From positions 15,562,001 to 15,626,000 of the forward strand of contig NC_043015.1 in NCBI RefSeq assembly GCF_006345805.1: a stretch of DNA of 64,000 bases, read 5' to 3'. The notes under the pieces are model-generated. The model saw only the letters and a program-made list of their open reading frames with translations. It searched no databases and had not been told where the DNA came from. This DNA is from Octopus sinensis (Eukaryota). Positions 1 to 12,900 of this stretch are shown in pieces; positions within the stretch are counted from its first letter, which is position 1; each line of letters begins with the position of its first letter. A program made the position numbers and the translations under genes.

Positions 1-583
1 AAGAACGACCCGTTTCTCGACCGAATTGTGACTTGCGATGAAAAGTGGATTCTTTACGACAACCGGCGACATTCAGCTCAGTGTTTGGACGCTGACGAAG
101 GTCCATGGCACTTCCCGAAGCCAAAGTTGCACAAAAAAGGTCATGGTGACTGTTTGGTGGTCTGCGGCCAGTCTCATCCATCACAGATTTTTGGATCCAG
201 GTGAAACCATTACAGCGGAGAAGTACTGTCAGTAGATGGATGAAATGCAGCCAGCATTAGTCAATAGAAAAGGACCAATTCTTCTCCACGACAACACTCG
301 GCCGCACGTCGCACAACTGACCCTGCCGAAGTTGAATGAATTGGGCTATGAAACTCTGCCTCATCCACCACACTCACCAGACCTCTCACCTGTTGACTAC
401 CACTTTTTCAAGCATCTCAACAACTTCCTGTGTGAGAAATGCTTGAAAAACCAAGACGATGCCAAACACACCTTCAACGACTTCATCGCCACCAGAACGC
501 AGGATTTTTATGCTACTGGCATAAATAAACTTGTTTCATGTTGGCAAAAGTGTATTGATTCTGATGGTGTTTATTTCGATTAA
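1..583 (+). pseudogene. mariner (DD34D) transposase, catalytic half, frameshifted; 5' part lies outside the window
   Basis: Frame 1 from base 1 reads KNDPFLDRIVTCDEKWILYDN (first D). Later frames give WWSAASLIH, ILLHDNTRPH and HPPHSPDLSPVDYHFF, all mariner motifs. Confidence 0.95.
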
Positions 584-629
584 AAAAGTTTTGGTTGAGC
601 AGAGATATGCGCATCTGAATTTAAAGATT

Positions 630-662
630 AAAAACCGCAAGAACTTTCTTGATAACCTAATA
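630..662 (+). repeat. mariner 3' terminal inverted repeat plus TA target
   Basis: AAAAACCGCAAGAACTTTCTTGATAACCTAA-TA resembles the reverse complement of the Hsmar1-type TIR (TTAGGTTGGTGCAAAAGTAATTGCGGTTTT). Confidence 0.85.
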
Positions 663-799
663 GTAGTTCCCAGCATATAGTTGTCTTCTGTTACGGTCTG
701 GAGGACAATGATTAAAAGGATGGGACTGAGGACTGAGTCTTGATGAACCACTACCTGTACATCAAATTCTTCACTGCACTCATGGCTAACTTTCGCTAA

Positions 800-1005
800 C
801 TTTCACATTACTGTACATGGCCTGTATAGCTTTCACCAGTCACTATCCCTTGCCCTTTCAGAGCCCACGATACCACACAGCAGGGCACTCTATCGAAGGC
901 TTTCTCTAGATTAGTATATATCAAGTATGATAGTTTATTCTTAGTAAAGTACTTCTCTTGCAGTTGCCTGACTATGAAAATAGCATCCATAGTGCTTCTT
1001 CCCTG
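800..1005 (-). mobile_element. RTE-clade LINE reverse-transcriptase fragment
   Basis: MDAIFIVRQLQEKY...LEKAFDRVP matches the RTE RT domain 2-3 region. Confidence 0.85.
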
Positions 1006-1325
1006 GATGAAGCTGTGTGTGTGTAATACTATACAGTATTATTTATAATATAAACAGTGGAGAAAAAAATTATTAACTGTGCATATAATATTATCTATAT
1101 GTATATTACTTGTGTTTATATTATTAACTCTGTGAATATAATATCATCTATGTATATTATACTATTTGTGTTTATATGTGAGTATAATATCTACATTTTT
1201 ATTATTAATTGCATGTATATTATTGCTTATGTCTGTATTATTAGCTGTGTAATATTATCTATGTCTGTATAACTGTAATATTATATGCGTATCTATGTAT
1301 TGTGTAATATTACGTGTGTTTATAA

Positions 1326-1750
1326 GGTAGTGAACAGGCAGAATGTTGGACAAAATGTTTAGCAGCATTTTGTCCATCTTTATGTTCTGAGTTCAAATTC
1401 CGCCAAGGTCACCCTTTCAGATTCGATAAATTAGGTACCAGTTGAGTATTGGGGTCAATGCAATCAACTTACCTCCTCCCACCAAACTGCTGGCTTTGCA
1501 CCAAAATTTGAAACCAATATTATATATGGTTATATTATTAACATGTAAGGCAGTAAGCTGGTGCAATCATTACTATGTTGGGCAGGATTTCTTCTGGTTC
1601 TTTATGTCCTGAGTTCAAATGACACCATGGTCAACTTTGTCCTTCGTCCTTTCAAGGTCAATAAAATAAGTACCAGTTGAACACTAGGGCCAATGTAATT
1701 AACTAACACTTACCCTCAAAAACTGCTGGTCTTGTGCCAAGAATTAGAAT
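1326..1750 (+). mobile_element. two adjacent decayed tRNA-derived SINEs (family B here)
   Basis: Both carry the B-box-like GAGTTCAAAT, the core TAAGTACCAGTTGA..ACT.GGG and the tail CTGCTGG..TTG..CCAA; homologous to 49503-49718. Confidence 0.75.
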
Positions 1751-1810
1751 GAATTATTTACCAAGTATAATATTATGTATGTGTATACAATTACCTGCAT
1801 GAATAATATC

Positions 1811-2270
1811 TTTTTTACTCTTTGCTCTTTTACTTGTTTCAGTCATTTGACTGCTGCCATACTGGAGCACCACCTTAAAGAAGTTTTCTTAGTCAAAGAA
1901 ATCAACCCCAGGACTTATTCTTTGTAAGCCTAGTACTTATTCCATTGGTCCCTTTTGCTGAACCACTCAGTTATGGGGACACAACATCAGCTGTCAAGCG
2001 ATGGTGGGGGAACAAACGTAGACACAAAGACAAACACACGTAAATATTATATATAATAGTACATTTAATATTATACAGACTGTTAGTATATATATATACA
2101 TATATACGACGAGCTTCTTTCGAGTTCTGTCTACCAAATCCAATCACAAGGCTTTGGTCAGTCTGAGGCTATAGTAGAAGACACTTACCCAAGGTATCAT
2201 GCAGTGGGACTGAACCTGGAACTATGTGGTTGGGAAGCAAGCTTCTTACCACACAGCCACACCTGCACCT
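1811..2270 (-). mobile_element. tRNA-derived SINE (family A here), full length
   Basis: Reverse complement of the 48070-48563 copy, including the internal (TA)/(CA) tract and the GAGTAAAA tail. Confidence 0.85.
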
Positions 2271-3264
2271 ATTGTATAATATCTGTATGTATAATATTTT
2301 GTGACTGTATTATTATATGAATATTATTTTCATTATTCATATTATCATCTGTGCTTATATGATCATTAATGTGTATATTATTGTGTATCTATATTCATTA
2401 TCTGTGTTTGTTAGTAACACTCTGTATAATATCAAATGTGCTATTATCTAATATATAATAATATATATATAATATTAGTTGCAAATTTTAGCACAAGGCC
2501 AACAATTTTATCAGAGGGGGTAAAGCAATTACATTAACCCCAGTGTTCAACTGGAACTTATTTTATGGACCCCCAAAAGGACAAAAGGCAAAGTCAACCT
2601 CAGCAACTTTTGAATTCAGAATGTAAAGTTATAAGAAGTGCCACTAAATATTTTTTCTGGCAAGGTGATAATTCTGTCAGCTCGCCACCTTATAATATTA
2701 GTTTCAAATCAGTCAGTTAATGGGAATTTATGTAATTGACTCTATCCCACTCCCCCCAAAATGCTGGCCCTGCTCTAAAATTTGAAACCATTAATATTAT
2801 CTCTGTATATTGTTAGCTTTGTCTGTATTACATACATTATATCATCATCACGATTTAACATCCATCTTCCATGCTGGTATGGGCTGTACATTGTCCATTT
2901 AATTAAAAAATTCTATATGTGGCTGAAGATTGCTCGACATCTTAAAACTGATGTAATACTTACAGTGTTTAATAAAATGAAGTAGCATGAAATGATTGTA
3001 CTACACTATCTTGGATATCCTTGTTGCTTATTATGATTATAATCACCCCATTTGATTTATATGGATAATACCATACCAAATTCTGGTGCCTTTAACTTAA
3101 GTACCATATTCATCTGAATCTAAATTTTGTATATATATATATATATATGCATATAATTAAGATTCAATTGAATTAGGTACTTAAATTGAGGCACCATGAT
3201 AGTACCTTGCTAGTTCAGTATAATTGACACCTGTACATTTTTGTTACTTATTTACATTATATAT

Positions 3265-3321
<57 letters not shown>

Positions 3322-3323
<2 letters not shown>

Positions 3324-3650
3324 ATGAAAATAAGACAAAGTAGAAATGCTAAAATACTAGGATCTGCTACTACCTGCCAAGCCTTCACAAAGGGAAAGAG
3401 AGAGACAGAGAGAAAAAAAATGTCCTACCTCTTTGAAGACTATGGAAATATTTAATTTAATTTTTTCTTCAATTTAATTGTTTTTCTTAATTAATATCCA
3501 CCTTTGTTTTACTCTTAGTTGAAAAAGTCAAAAAGACTGAAACCGGTACTAACCATTACAAAATGTATTTCATCATATAAATTTTTTAGCAATTTTCTAC
3601 CTTTTCTTATACATATCAACTCGTGTGTTACTTTTCAACCTTCTACACAC
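3322..3650 (+). mobile_element. Penelope-like pseudo-LTR remnant with a short inverted 5' segment, following a (TA)n tract
   Basis: 3510-3640 aligns with 35060-35195 of the main PLE (TTGAAAA..GAAACCGGTACT; ATATCAACTCGTGTGTT). 3325-3357 is an imperfect inverted copy of ~3575-3610. Confidence 0.75.
3515..3552 (+). ncRNA. minimal type I hammerhead ribozyme motif, U3:A8 variant
   Basis: Stem I TTAG/CTAA, core TTGAAAA, stem II AGTC-aaaaa-GACT, GAAA, palindromic stem III ACCGGT, cleavage triplet GUA. Confidence 0.75.
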
Positions 3651-3679
3651 AAACACACACACACACACACACACACAAA

Positions 3680-3735
<56 letters not shown>

Positions 3736-3737
3736 CA

Positions 3738-4500
3738 TGCGAAGTGTGATCAATAAGTATCCGGACTGTTGCCATAGTAATGAAGCTATAGCACACAGAG
3801 TAAAGCTGCTGGCAAAGATTGACCTTGACCTCTGCTGTGCATGTGCATTTAGCTTTAACATTCTAGCTCACTTCCGCTGTTCACAGCAGTGCTTTGAAAT
3901 AACGTGTGTAATGTGTGATTGTCGCATTGACCATGACAGAGAAAGTTGTCATGGAGGTACCTGCTTAGAGGCCTACGCATAGTTGCAGCAAGTGTATGGA
4001 GGGGAGTGTATGAGCTGCACACAAATGCATGAGTGGTTCAGACGTTTTCAAGATGGCCGACAAAATGTCAAAAGTGACAAACATTCTGGTAGACTTGCAA
4101 CCAGCAGAACTGAGAAAAACATAGCAGATATGCATGCAGCTGTGAGAGGAAGTTGTTGAATCACTATCCGTGAGTTATCAGAGGTGCAGATTAGTTGTGT
4201 CGAGAACTGTGAAGATTTTTTGAAAACTTTGCATAAACCTCTGCTCAGGTATCGTCAAGCTTTTGGCAAAATTTGATGCCGATTCTCTGCTTAACTTTCT
4301 CTGTCATGGTCAATGCAACAAACACATACTACACATGTTACTTCCAAGCACTGCTGTAAACAACGAAAGTGTGCTAGAATGTTAAAACTTAGTGTGCATG
4401 CACAACAGAGTTCAAGGTCAGTCTGTGCCAAGCAACTTCACTCTGCGTGTTTTTGCTTCATAACTATAGCAACCGTCCGGATACTTATTTATCAGACCAC

Positions 4501-4503
<3 letters not shown>
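3738..4503 (+). mobile_element. internally deleted mariner with long (~180 bp) inverted termini
   Basis: 3738-3915 is an imperfect reverse complement of 4320-4503, ending in TA. The interior reads QVYGGECMSCTQMHEWFRRFQDGRQNVKSDKHSGRLATS, a mariner HTH region. Confidence 0.85.
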
Positions 4504-4535
<32 letters not shown>

Positions 4536-4552
4536 CATATATATTTAAATAA

Positions 4553-5225
4553 AATCATCCTTATCATCACCATCCTTTAGCATCCATTTTTGATGCTGGC
4601 ATGGGTTGGATAATTTAATGAGAGCTGGCTAGTCGGAGAGTTACTCCAGGTTCCAGTATGATTTGGCAAGGTTTCTATGGCTGGATGCCCTTCCTAATGC
4701 CAACCACTTTACACTGTGTGCTGGGTATTTTTAACATGGTGCTGGCATGAGTGCTTTTTATGTGGCACCAGTACAGGACTGTTGCAGGTCAATCTCCTTC
4801 AACCAGCGGAGCAGCTTTAACATCTCTGCTATGGAGGAGAGGTCTTCTTGAGTACAGTAAAGCACCAAATATCTTGGTCTGTTGTTATCTCCTCTGAAAG
4901 GTTCAGTATTTTGTCCCATGTCTTTTTGATTCTTTCTCTTCCATGAGTCGCATCCAGTTTGAGTGATAAGCTCTTCTTTATGGAGCTGCTAACATCTATT
5001 CGCATATATATTATATATATACATATCATCATCATCATCATCATTTAGCGTCCGTTTTCCATGCTAGCATGGGTTGGACGGTTCTACTGGGGTCTGTGAA
5101 GCCAGAAGGCTTCATCAGGCCCAGTCAAATCTGGCAGTGTTTCTACGGCTGGATGCCCTTCCTAACGCCAACGCCCTTCCTAACGCCAACGCCCTTCCTA
5201 ACGCCAACGCCCTTCCTAACGCCAT
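4553..5225 (-). mobile_element. two SINE/LINE-tail repeats with (GAT)n-type tails (family C here)
   Basis: Shared core GGCTGGATGCCCTTCCTAA(C/T)GCCAAC and CATGGGTTGGA, preceded on + by (CAT)n-like tails; also seen at 10495-10800. Confidence 0.7.
5155..5224 (+). repeat. 18-bp tandem repeat GCCCTTCCTAACGCCAAC, about 4 copies
   Basis: Directly visible; the unit is the family C SINE core motif. Confidence 0.95.
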
Positions 5226-5547
5226 ATATACATATATAATAACATATATAAACATATGCATATATACATATATGTACATACCTACATCTATATGTATATA
5301 TACATGTATATATGGGTACAGGACACCAAAAAACGTTGAAAACAATGAGAAACGAAAACATAAAAACAAAAACATGGAAACAAACATTTTTTCAAACAAC
5401 GAAAAAACAGAGTACGAGACATACAACAATGTAGGTATGTACATATATGTATGTATATATGCATATGTTTATATATTATTTATGTTATTATATGATCGAA
5501 TGCCACACATCCATTTCCAAGTAAGTTTTATCGATATACAATGATAC

Positions 5548-5642
<95 letters not shown>

Positions 5643-5989
5643 CATACTTACATGCATACATACATACTTACATACATACATACATACAGTATCTATGTGC
5701 ATAATATTATTTGTTTGTATATATATCATTATATGCATGCAAAATATTCTCTAAATAAATCCTTCTCTGTGGTAAAAATATTATCTATGTCTTCATAATC
5801 TACATCTATATTATCATCTTAGTCTATATTATTATCTGCATTTATAATATCATCTGTATATATACGTATATGTATTATTGTCTGTCTATAATATGTTCTG
5901 TGTATATTTCATAATATGTGTCTGTCATATCTGCATCTTTAATATTTTCTATGTATATATTATCTGTGTTTGTATTATCTGCATGTCTT

Positions 5990-6196
5990 TTATCTTTTAC
6001 TTGTTTCAGCCAATAGACTACAGTCATGCTGGAAGAACTTTAGTTGAATAAATCAATGACAGTACTTATTTTTTATGCCTGATACTTATTATATTAGTCT
6101 TATTTGCCAACCTGCTAAGTTATGAGAATGTAAACACACAAACACTGGTTGTCAAGCTGTGGTGAGGACAAGCACACACACTCACACACACACACA

Positions 6197-6253
<57 letters not shown>

Positions 6254-6800
6254 TACATGCACATACACACACATACATACACACACATGTATATGGAAAC
6301 TAAAAGAAGCCTATTCTCTCTCTCTTTCGGAGAGGCACTGAGCAGCTATACACACACATACACACACGGCAGTAACTTCCACCTACCGAATTCAATCACA
6401 AAGCTCCGGTCGGCTCGGGGCTATAGTGGAAGACACCTACCCAAAGTGCCACGCAGTGGAACTGAACCCAAAACCATATAGCTAGGAAGCAAGCTCCCTA
6501 ACCACACAGCCATGCCCATATATAGAATGAGCTTCTTTCAGTTTCCATCAGCCAAATCTACTCACAAAGTTTTGGCTCACTTAAGACTCTAGCAGAAAAT
6601 ACTTATACAAGGTGCCACAATAGCCCATATGCCTGATACTTATTATATTAGTCTTATTTGCCAACCTGCTAAGTTATGAGAATGTAAACACACAAACACT
6701 GGTTGTCGAGCTGTGGTGAGGGCAAGCACACACACACACACACATGCACACACACATGCACATACACACACACACACACACCATACAGCCATGCCTGCAC
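5990..6800 (-). mobile_element. family A SINE fragments with a local ~110-bp duplication (6080-6190 vs 6633-6740)
   Basis: TGATACTTATTATATTAGTCTTATTTGCCAACCTGCTAAGTTATGAGAATG... occurs twice. Confidence 0.75.
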
Positions 6801-7196
6801 CTGTCCTGTATGTGTATACACACACACAGACACACACGCATATTATTAGTAGTAGTATGGTGGTAAGCTGTCAGAATCATTGATACACTGCTTAGCAGCA
6901 TTTCATCCATTTTTATGTTCTGAGTTAAAATTCTGTTAAAATTAAGTTAAAGTTAACTTTAACTTTCATCTGTTCAGGGTTGTTAAAATAAGTGCAAGTT
7001 GAGCACTGGGCAGAGCGGGGAGGTTCAATGTAATCAACTTACCCCTACCCTGGAGTTGCTGGCCTTGTGCCAAAATTTTAAATCAATATCATCTGTGTCT
7101 ATATTATTAACAGTGTCTCTAATATTAGCTATGTGTATATTAGTAACCATCAAAGTTATTAAGTGTCTGCATAATGAAAGTTGTGTCTAAGTTTCC

Positions 7197-7423
7197 TTAA
7201 CCCTTTTATTACCAACCCTGCTGAAACCGGCTCTGGCTCTGAGTACAAATGTCTTGTTTTCATAAGTTTTGAATTAAAATCTTCACCAAACCTTAGTCAC
7301 AATTTATGTTCCTAACACTAACTGAATGATTACTAAGTTATTTTACTAAATTCTTTGTTATATTTAAAGATATTGAAAGAAACACAGAGCATCTCAAAAT
7401 AAATACAGTAACAAAAGGGTTAA
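7197..7423. mobile_element. piggyBac-type MITE (219 bp)
   Basis: TTAA target duplication at 7197-7200 and 7420-7423; termini CCCTTTTATTAC / GTAACAAAAGGG. Confidence 0.9.
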
Positions 7424-7856
7424 GTTAATAAAGCAAAACACCACACATAAACCAAGAATACAGACTTGGATTTATATGTTATGGAAATAAATACAGATTG
7501 TGTTCAACAGCAAACCTTCTTTAGTAATTATAACAGTCTACCCTGAACTTAACTATCCTAAATAGCATTGGCAGCACCATGGTTTAAAATACTGTCAAGG
7601 AGGTTGACCTGAGATATTAAGTGGCAGCATTATTGTTAATAGAGCGAAAGGTATTGCTCCACCACCAGCACCAGCACCACCATTATCTTCCTGGAAGAGC
7701 TTAGAATACATATGGTTCATAATTGCTCTTGGAATTAGAAATTGTTAATTGGACTTGTTTACAGATTATCCATTGCACGGGGAAAATAAAATATTATCAA
7801 TCTGAAGGTTGGCAACCATTAACACACACACACACACACACCCACGCACGCAGGCG

Positions 7857-7897
<41 letters not shown>

Positions 7898-8441
7898 ACA
7901 CACACACACACAGAGTCTTTGAGTCTGTGTTTGTCCCCGACCACAACTTGGCAACCGGTGTTGGTATGTCTATGTCCCCATAACATAGCAGTTTTGCAAA
8001 AGTGACTGATAGAATAAGCATCAGCCTAAAAAATTTAAATACAGGATCAATCTATTCCTTTAAAATTCAATGAAGTGCCTCAGCATAACCACAATCTACT
8101 TATGACTGAAACAAGTAAAAGATAGAATATAAAAACCATGTGCTCATGCTACAGCCATTATATGGATGCAGGAAAGGCATGTACACCTTTACTTCAAATA
8201 GGCATGATTAAAAAAAATCCAGGTAACAAAGAATGAAGCATCATCATTCCTCTCAGTCAAAGAATGGTAACATTCAAGAGAATAAATGAACATTTACAGA
8301 GGCAAAGCACATCTAGAATAAGTCAGAGATGATGATAGGAAACCACAATGTTAGGTTGTGCACAAGGTAGATGCAGAAAACAGAACCATTTTCTGGCAAC
8401 CAAGAATCTCTATAACAAGAACTGGTGGAACATTGTAAGCT

Positions 8442-8526
<85 letters not shown>

Positions 8527-8539
8527 CCCCCCTCTCCCT

Positions 8540-8790
8540 CATCAGCAGCTCACTCCCATGTTCTCATCATCAAAGATAAAGTTACTGAACATTCAATGGA
8601 AAAGAGAACCAATGTCTCCTGCCATACCTTTGCAGAAAAATGCAAAATACCAAAATCTCCACAACTATCTGTTATAATGCTAAGAGCAGGATTCACAGAG
8701 CAAAAGATATTAAGAAAATGCAAAACTTAAACCTTAGAAAGCCACTAGTTCTGATCAAATTTCAGTTAAAATCCTGAAGCAATGTAAGAA
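8540..8790 (+). mobile_element. very old LINE remnant (pre-RT region)
   Basis: Frameshifted ...KILRKCK/NLNLRKPLVL/DQISVKILKQC resembles the LINE K.PGPD.I...LK motif. Confidence 0.4.
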
Positions 8791-10494
8791 ACTGACTTGT
8801 TTCTTGTTTCACTTCTGAGTTACTTTGCTTGTGCTTTACTTGTGGCATATTTCCAAATCATTGGAAGACTGTCTGTGGCAAATTACTATACTTAAGAGAA
8901 AATGCAGATCTCACTTATCAAACTCTCAATCCATTTTATTGCTCATCAGCAGCAGTAAAATGATATAACCAGGAGTAAATAGACAACTAAGTGAAAGAAA
9001 AAAAATCATTGCTATTGCAATGATCATTTAACTTTCAACTAAACCATGGCTTAGTATACCCATTCTCTCTCTCTCTCTCTCTCTCCTCCTTCCCTTCATC
9101 TCCCCTCTCTCTTTCTCTCTCTCTCATTTTCTCTTTCCCTCTTCCTGTCTCTGTTTCTGTCTCTCACTTTCTTTCTCTCTCTCTGTCTCTCTCTATCTGT
9201 TTCTGTCTGTCTGTATATCTCTGTGTGTCTCTGTCTCTTTCTCTGTCTGTTTGTCTCTCTCTCTCTCTCTTTCTCTTTCTCTGTCTCTGTCTGTTTGTCT
9301 CTCTCTCTTTCTCCCGCCCTTCCTCTATTTCTCTCTTCCAGATATGGAACAATAACCTGGACTTCAAAAGTATAGCAAAAGGGAGAGACAGCAAAAGCAG
9401 TCTCCTCCTGGGCACAGCTGTAAAGGAGAATACAATTTCCTCAGGTCATATATCATATTTATTAATTAAATAGGGAGCAACAAGAAATGTTTTTGCCCCA
9501 GGCGCAGTGAAGTGTTGTTATGCTACTGTCAGACATAAATCAAGAATGTGGGGTCTCATCCCCAGCTAAGCAGTTTTTGAAAGCGTTTGACACACTGAAA
9601 TTTATGCCAAGAGACGATCCAATAGAATATGCAGTCAACTGCTAAGGTAGCTGTAAAGTCACCTCAGCAAGAAATCCAAGTCACTCCTTTAGGTCAATTC
9701 TTCAATTTGTCATTCATGAATGCTCCAGACCCTTTGGTTTTCACACACATCATGCTTCTGTTGTTAGTTTCCATAGATGACTGGGTCACTGCCTCTGAAA
9801 ATGATGTGTAATGCTATAACAATGACACTACATACTTTGCTGCAGCGCAGTTCCAATAAAGACATCTAAAATGAAGGCCTGGAAGGATGAATAGAAGGTG
9901 ACATTTGAACCATTAAAGAGAAAAGTAATAGTTTTTATCTAGAAAAAAAAGGTTTATCAAATATTTACTTGTTTTGGGAATCATTAGCTGCCTGTAGAAC
10001 TTCTGCATGCAAGGATAGGTAAAAAGTCAGTGTAGATAGAATATAACTAACTTCTTTACTTTATGTAAACAAATAACAGAAGAATCTTTCTCCTCACTCA
10101 CTCTCTATGTACATATGTATATTTCTATAATGTAGTTGTTGCTTACACACACACACACATACACATACACATACATACATACATACATACATACATACAT
10201 ACATACATACATACATACATACATACATACATACATACATACATGTATATATATTCTCAAAATGAGGAGTAGATAGACAGCCGACAACTGATGAAAGGTT
10301 TTCCTTTGTGTTACTTGTCCTCTTTTTTCAGTTTTCTCTCTTGCTGATTGTATATTTAACTCGTTTGTTTTCATACTTCATGTTGTTTTATCAAAACTTC
10401 TTCCAAGTTCAAACATAACAGACTTAACAGTTATTTGGAACAGAAAAGAAACATTATGGAGTCATAGAGGTTAACTGCCCTGCAGATGTGTTCA

Positions 10495-10890
10495 TCATCA
10501 TCATCATCGTTTAACGTCCACTTTCCATGCTGGCATGGGTGAGACAGTTTGACAAGAGCCGGCCAGTAAGAAGCCTGTACCAGACTTCTGTAACTGTTTT
10601 GGCAGGATTTTTACAACTGGATGCCTTTCCTTACACCAACCACCCAGCAGAGTGGACTTAGTGCTTTTTACATGGCACAAGCACAGGTGAGGTCAGTTTT
10701 GGCAAGGTTTTTACAGCTGGATGCCCTTCAAAACACAAACCACTTTACAGTGTGAACTAGGTGCTTTTAAGTGGCACCTACACTGACAGGGTCATCAAGT
10801 ACTTGCAAGACAAAAAAAATTTTAAATCTCCTTTGAGAGGGAAGGGGGCATTGGAGATGATCTTGTGTCAGATGATGAAAGGTTATAGCG
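10495..10890 (-). mobile_element. family C repeat with an internally duplicated ~100-bp core
   Basis: TTTGGCA.G.TTTT.ACA.CTGGATGCC...ACCAC...GTGCTTTT..TGGCAC is present twice. Confidence 0.7.
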
Positions 10891-11647
10891 AGGGAGAGAG
10901 AGAGAGAGAGAGAGAAAAAGATATCTTGATGTAGAGGAGGTACAAGATTACCTGGCCGGAGAGAAAGAGGGGGGAGAGAGAGAGAGGAGGAGAGTGATAG
11001 AGAGAGGGAGGGAGAGAGAGAGAGAATTTCTTTATTCACCATAAGGTTGAGAAAAAGAGAGGTTGATACGAGGACAGACAAAACAAACATTGGGGTCAGG
11101 GTATCGAATGAGACAAAATGTATGAATAAACAAACAAAATATATACAGCAACTACCGAGAGAAAACAGGCTCGCTCCTCCCTATTCATGGAAGTCAGCGG
11201 AACGATCTTAATTATAGATTCGCTCGACAGTTATACTCTTCTCGAATGCGATAGCAGGTGTTCAACACAAGCCCAGAGCTCAGTCACCTTGGGGCATTGC
11301 ACAATTGCATGCAGGACAGCTTCACTGTCCCGCTCACATCTTGCACAAACCGGCGGAAGTGCACATTCATGTCTAAACAGGCTGGCCAGTTGATCTTCGT
11401 CGAAGCCTAGGGTTTCTCCCAGGACGTTGTCACACTTAAACTCTATTAACCCTCTATCGAAGAACGACGTAGTACCCCCACCACCGGCGTTGCCCGACTG
11501 GGAGAGAAGCACGAGTGCCTGATGGCACTCTGCATGCCACATGCCTCGGTCTACACTTGATCCATGGTTCAGTTTAGTAAACGATGTGATCTGTGGAAAT
11601 AACAGTTTGACGAACGGAGACCACCCCTACTCACCGTCCAGGTAAAG

Positions 11648-12693
11648 CTAGAGATGCCTAAGCCTGAGCGCATGTCTGCGCATTTTTAGCCTCGGCATCC
11701 ATAACCCACCCTTCAGCAGCTTTTGGCAGTAGAAAGAGCACCTTACAAGAAGTCTGCTGCCCTTCCACAAAAAGCGAAAGAGCATGCGTTCCAGCTTGTT
11801 CAGCCACGAATCGGCGCAAGGCACGACAGTCAGGCGGTAAGTGATTACAGAGGCGATAAACACCTCTTCAACCTCCGCCCTCCCTTTCAAAGACAGCTTC
11901 CACTCAGACCAGGTCTGAGTTAGGAGAGCTACCTTTCTCGCCACCTCGCTCCAATTCTTCTCTATCTGGAGATCTGGACCTAACCAGATTCCAAACATTT
12001 TTACCGGCCCTTCCGTCCAACGTCCAACGTCCAACGTCCTACGACGTTGTCGTCCGCATACGCCGAAGTGGACTTTCCGCACCCTAGATCTTGCGGAGCA
12101 ACCCTCATAGTTTCCAACCTCCTCAGCAATGGTTCGAGGGCCAAAACGTAGAGAAGCGGGGAGAGAGGGCACCCTTGAAGTACCGAAAGTTCAATGCGGA
12201 ACGGCTCCGAAAAGAAACCGTTCACCCAAACTACCGATTCGATGTTGCTGTATAAAGCGTTGATCCATCTGCGGAAGGTCAGGCCAAAGCCAGCCGCTGC
12301 GAGGACAGCCGCCAGATACTGATGGTTTACCCTATCGAACGCTTTCGATTGGTCCAAATGGACCATAGCCCCACCCTTGCCAGGAATCATATTTACCCTT
12401 TCTAAGGCATAGCGTAGAAAGTGGAGATTGTCGTGGATGGTCCTTCCAGGGATGGCGCAAGTTTGCGCCTCACCAACAAGTTCACCCACGCCCCGCGCCA
12501 ACCTTTTTGCTAAGACCTTGCCCAAAATCTTCAACTCTGCGTTAAGCAGAGTGATGGGCCGAAAATTATCAATTAAATCCCCATTGTTTAGGTCCTTTCT
12601 TAACAGCGCTACCATCCCTCGGCTCACAGACTTGGGAATTCTCCCGTTCTGCTGCCAGTTGGTGTACACGCATGCAAGTAGGTGCCCAAACAA
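11648..12693 (-). pseudogene. Tx1 ORF2 reverse transcriptase and post-RT region, with a deletion after YADD
   Basis: RT motifs as listed for the element. YADD is joined directly to NVVGRWT, whereas the second Tx1 (16176-16697) has about 45 aa between them. Confidence 0.9.
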
Positions 12694-12900
12694 GTCTCGC
12701 TTGCTACTATAGAGTTCGTAAGGCAGACCATCGAGTACAGCCTGACCTCATTGCCTCGTCTACTGCCTTAACTAGTTCCTTTTCTACTTTGTTTCTAGCA
12801 CTAGCTAATTCTTTGCTAAACCTAATCGACTCAAATTTGATGGCTCTTTTCAGGGCGTACCACCATTTGTTGTTGATAATGGATCCGGTTAACGCCCTCA

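Noticed and set aside
9341-9450. Exon-like segment after a polypyrimidine tract and CAG
   Set aside because: The tract is a (CT)n microsatellite and the peptide is unrecognisable.
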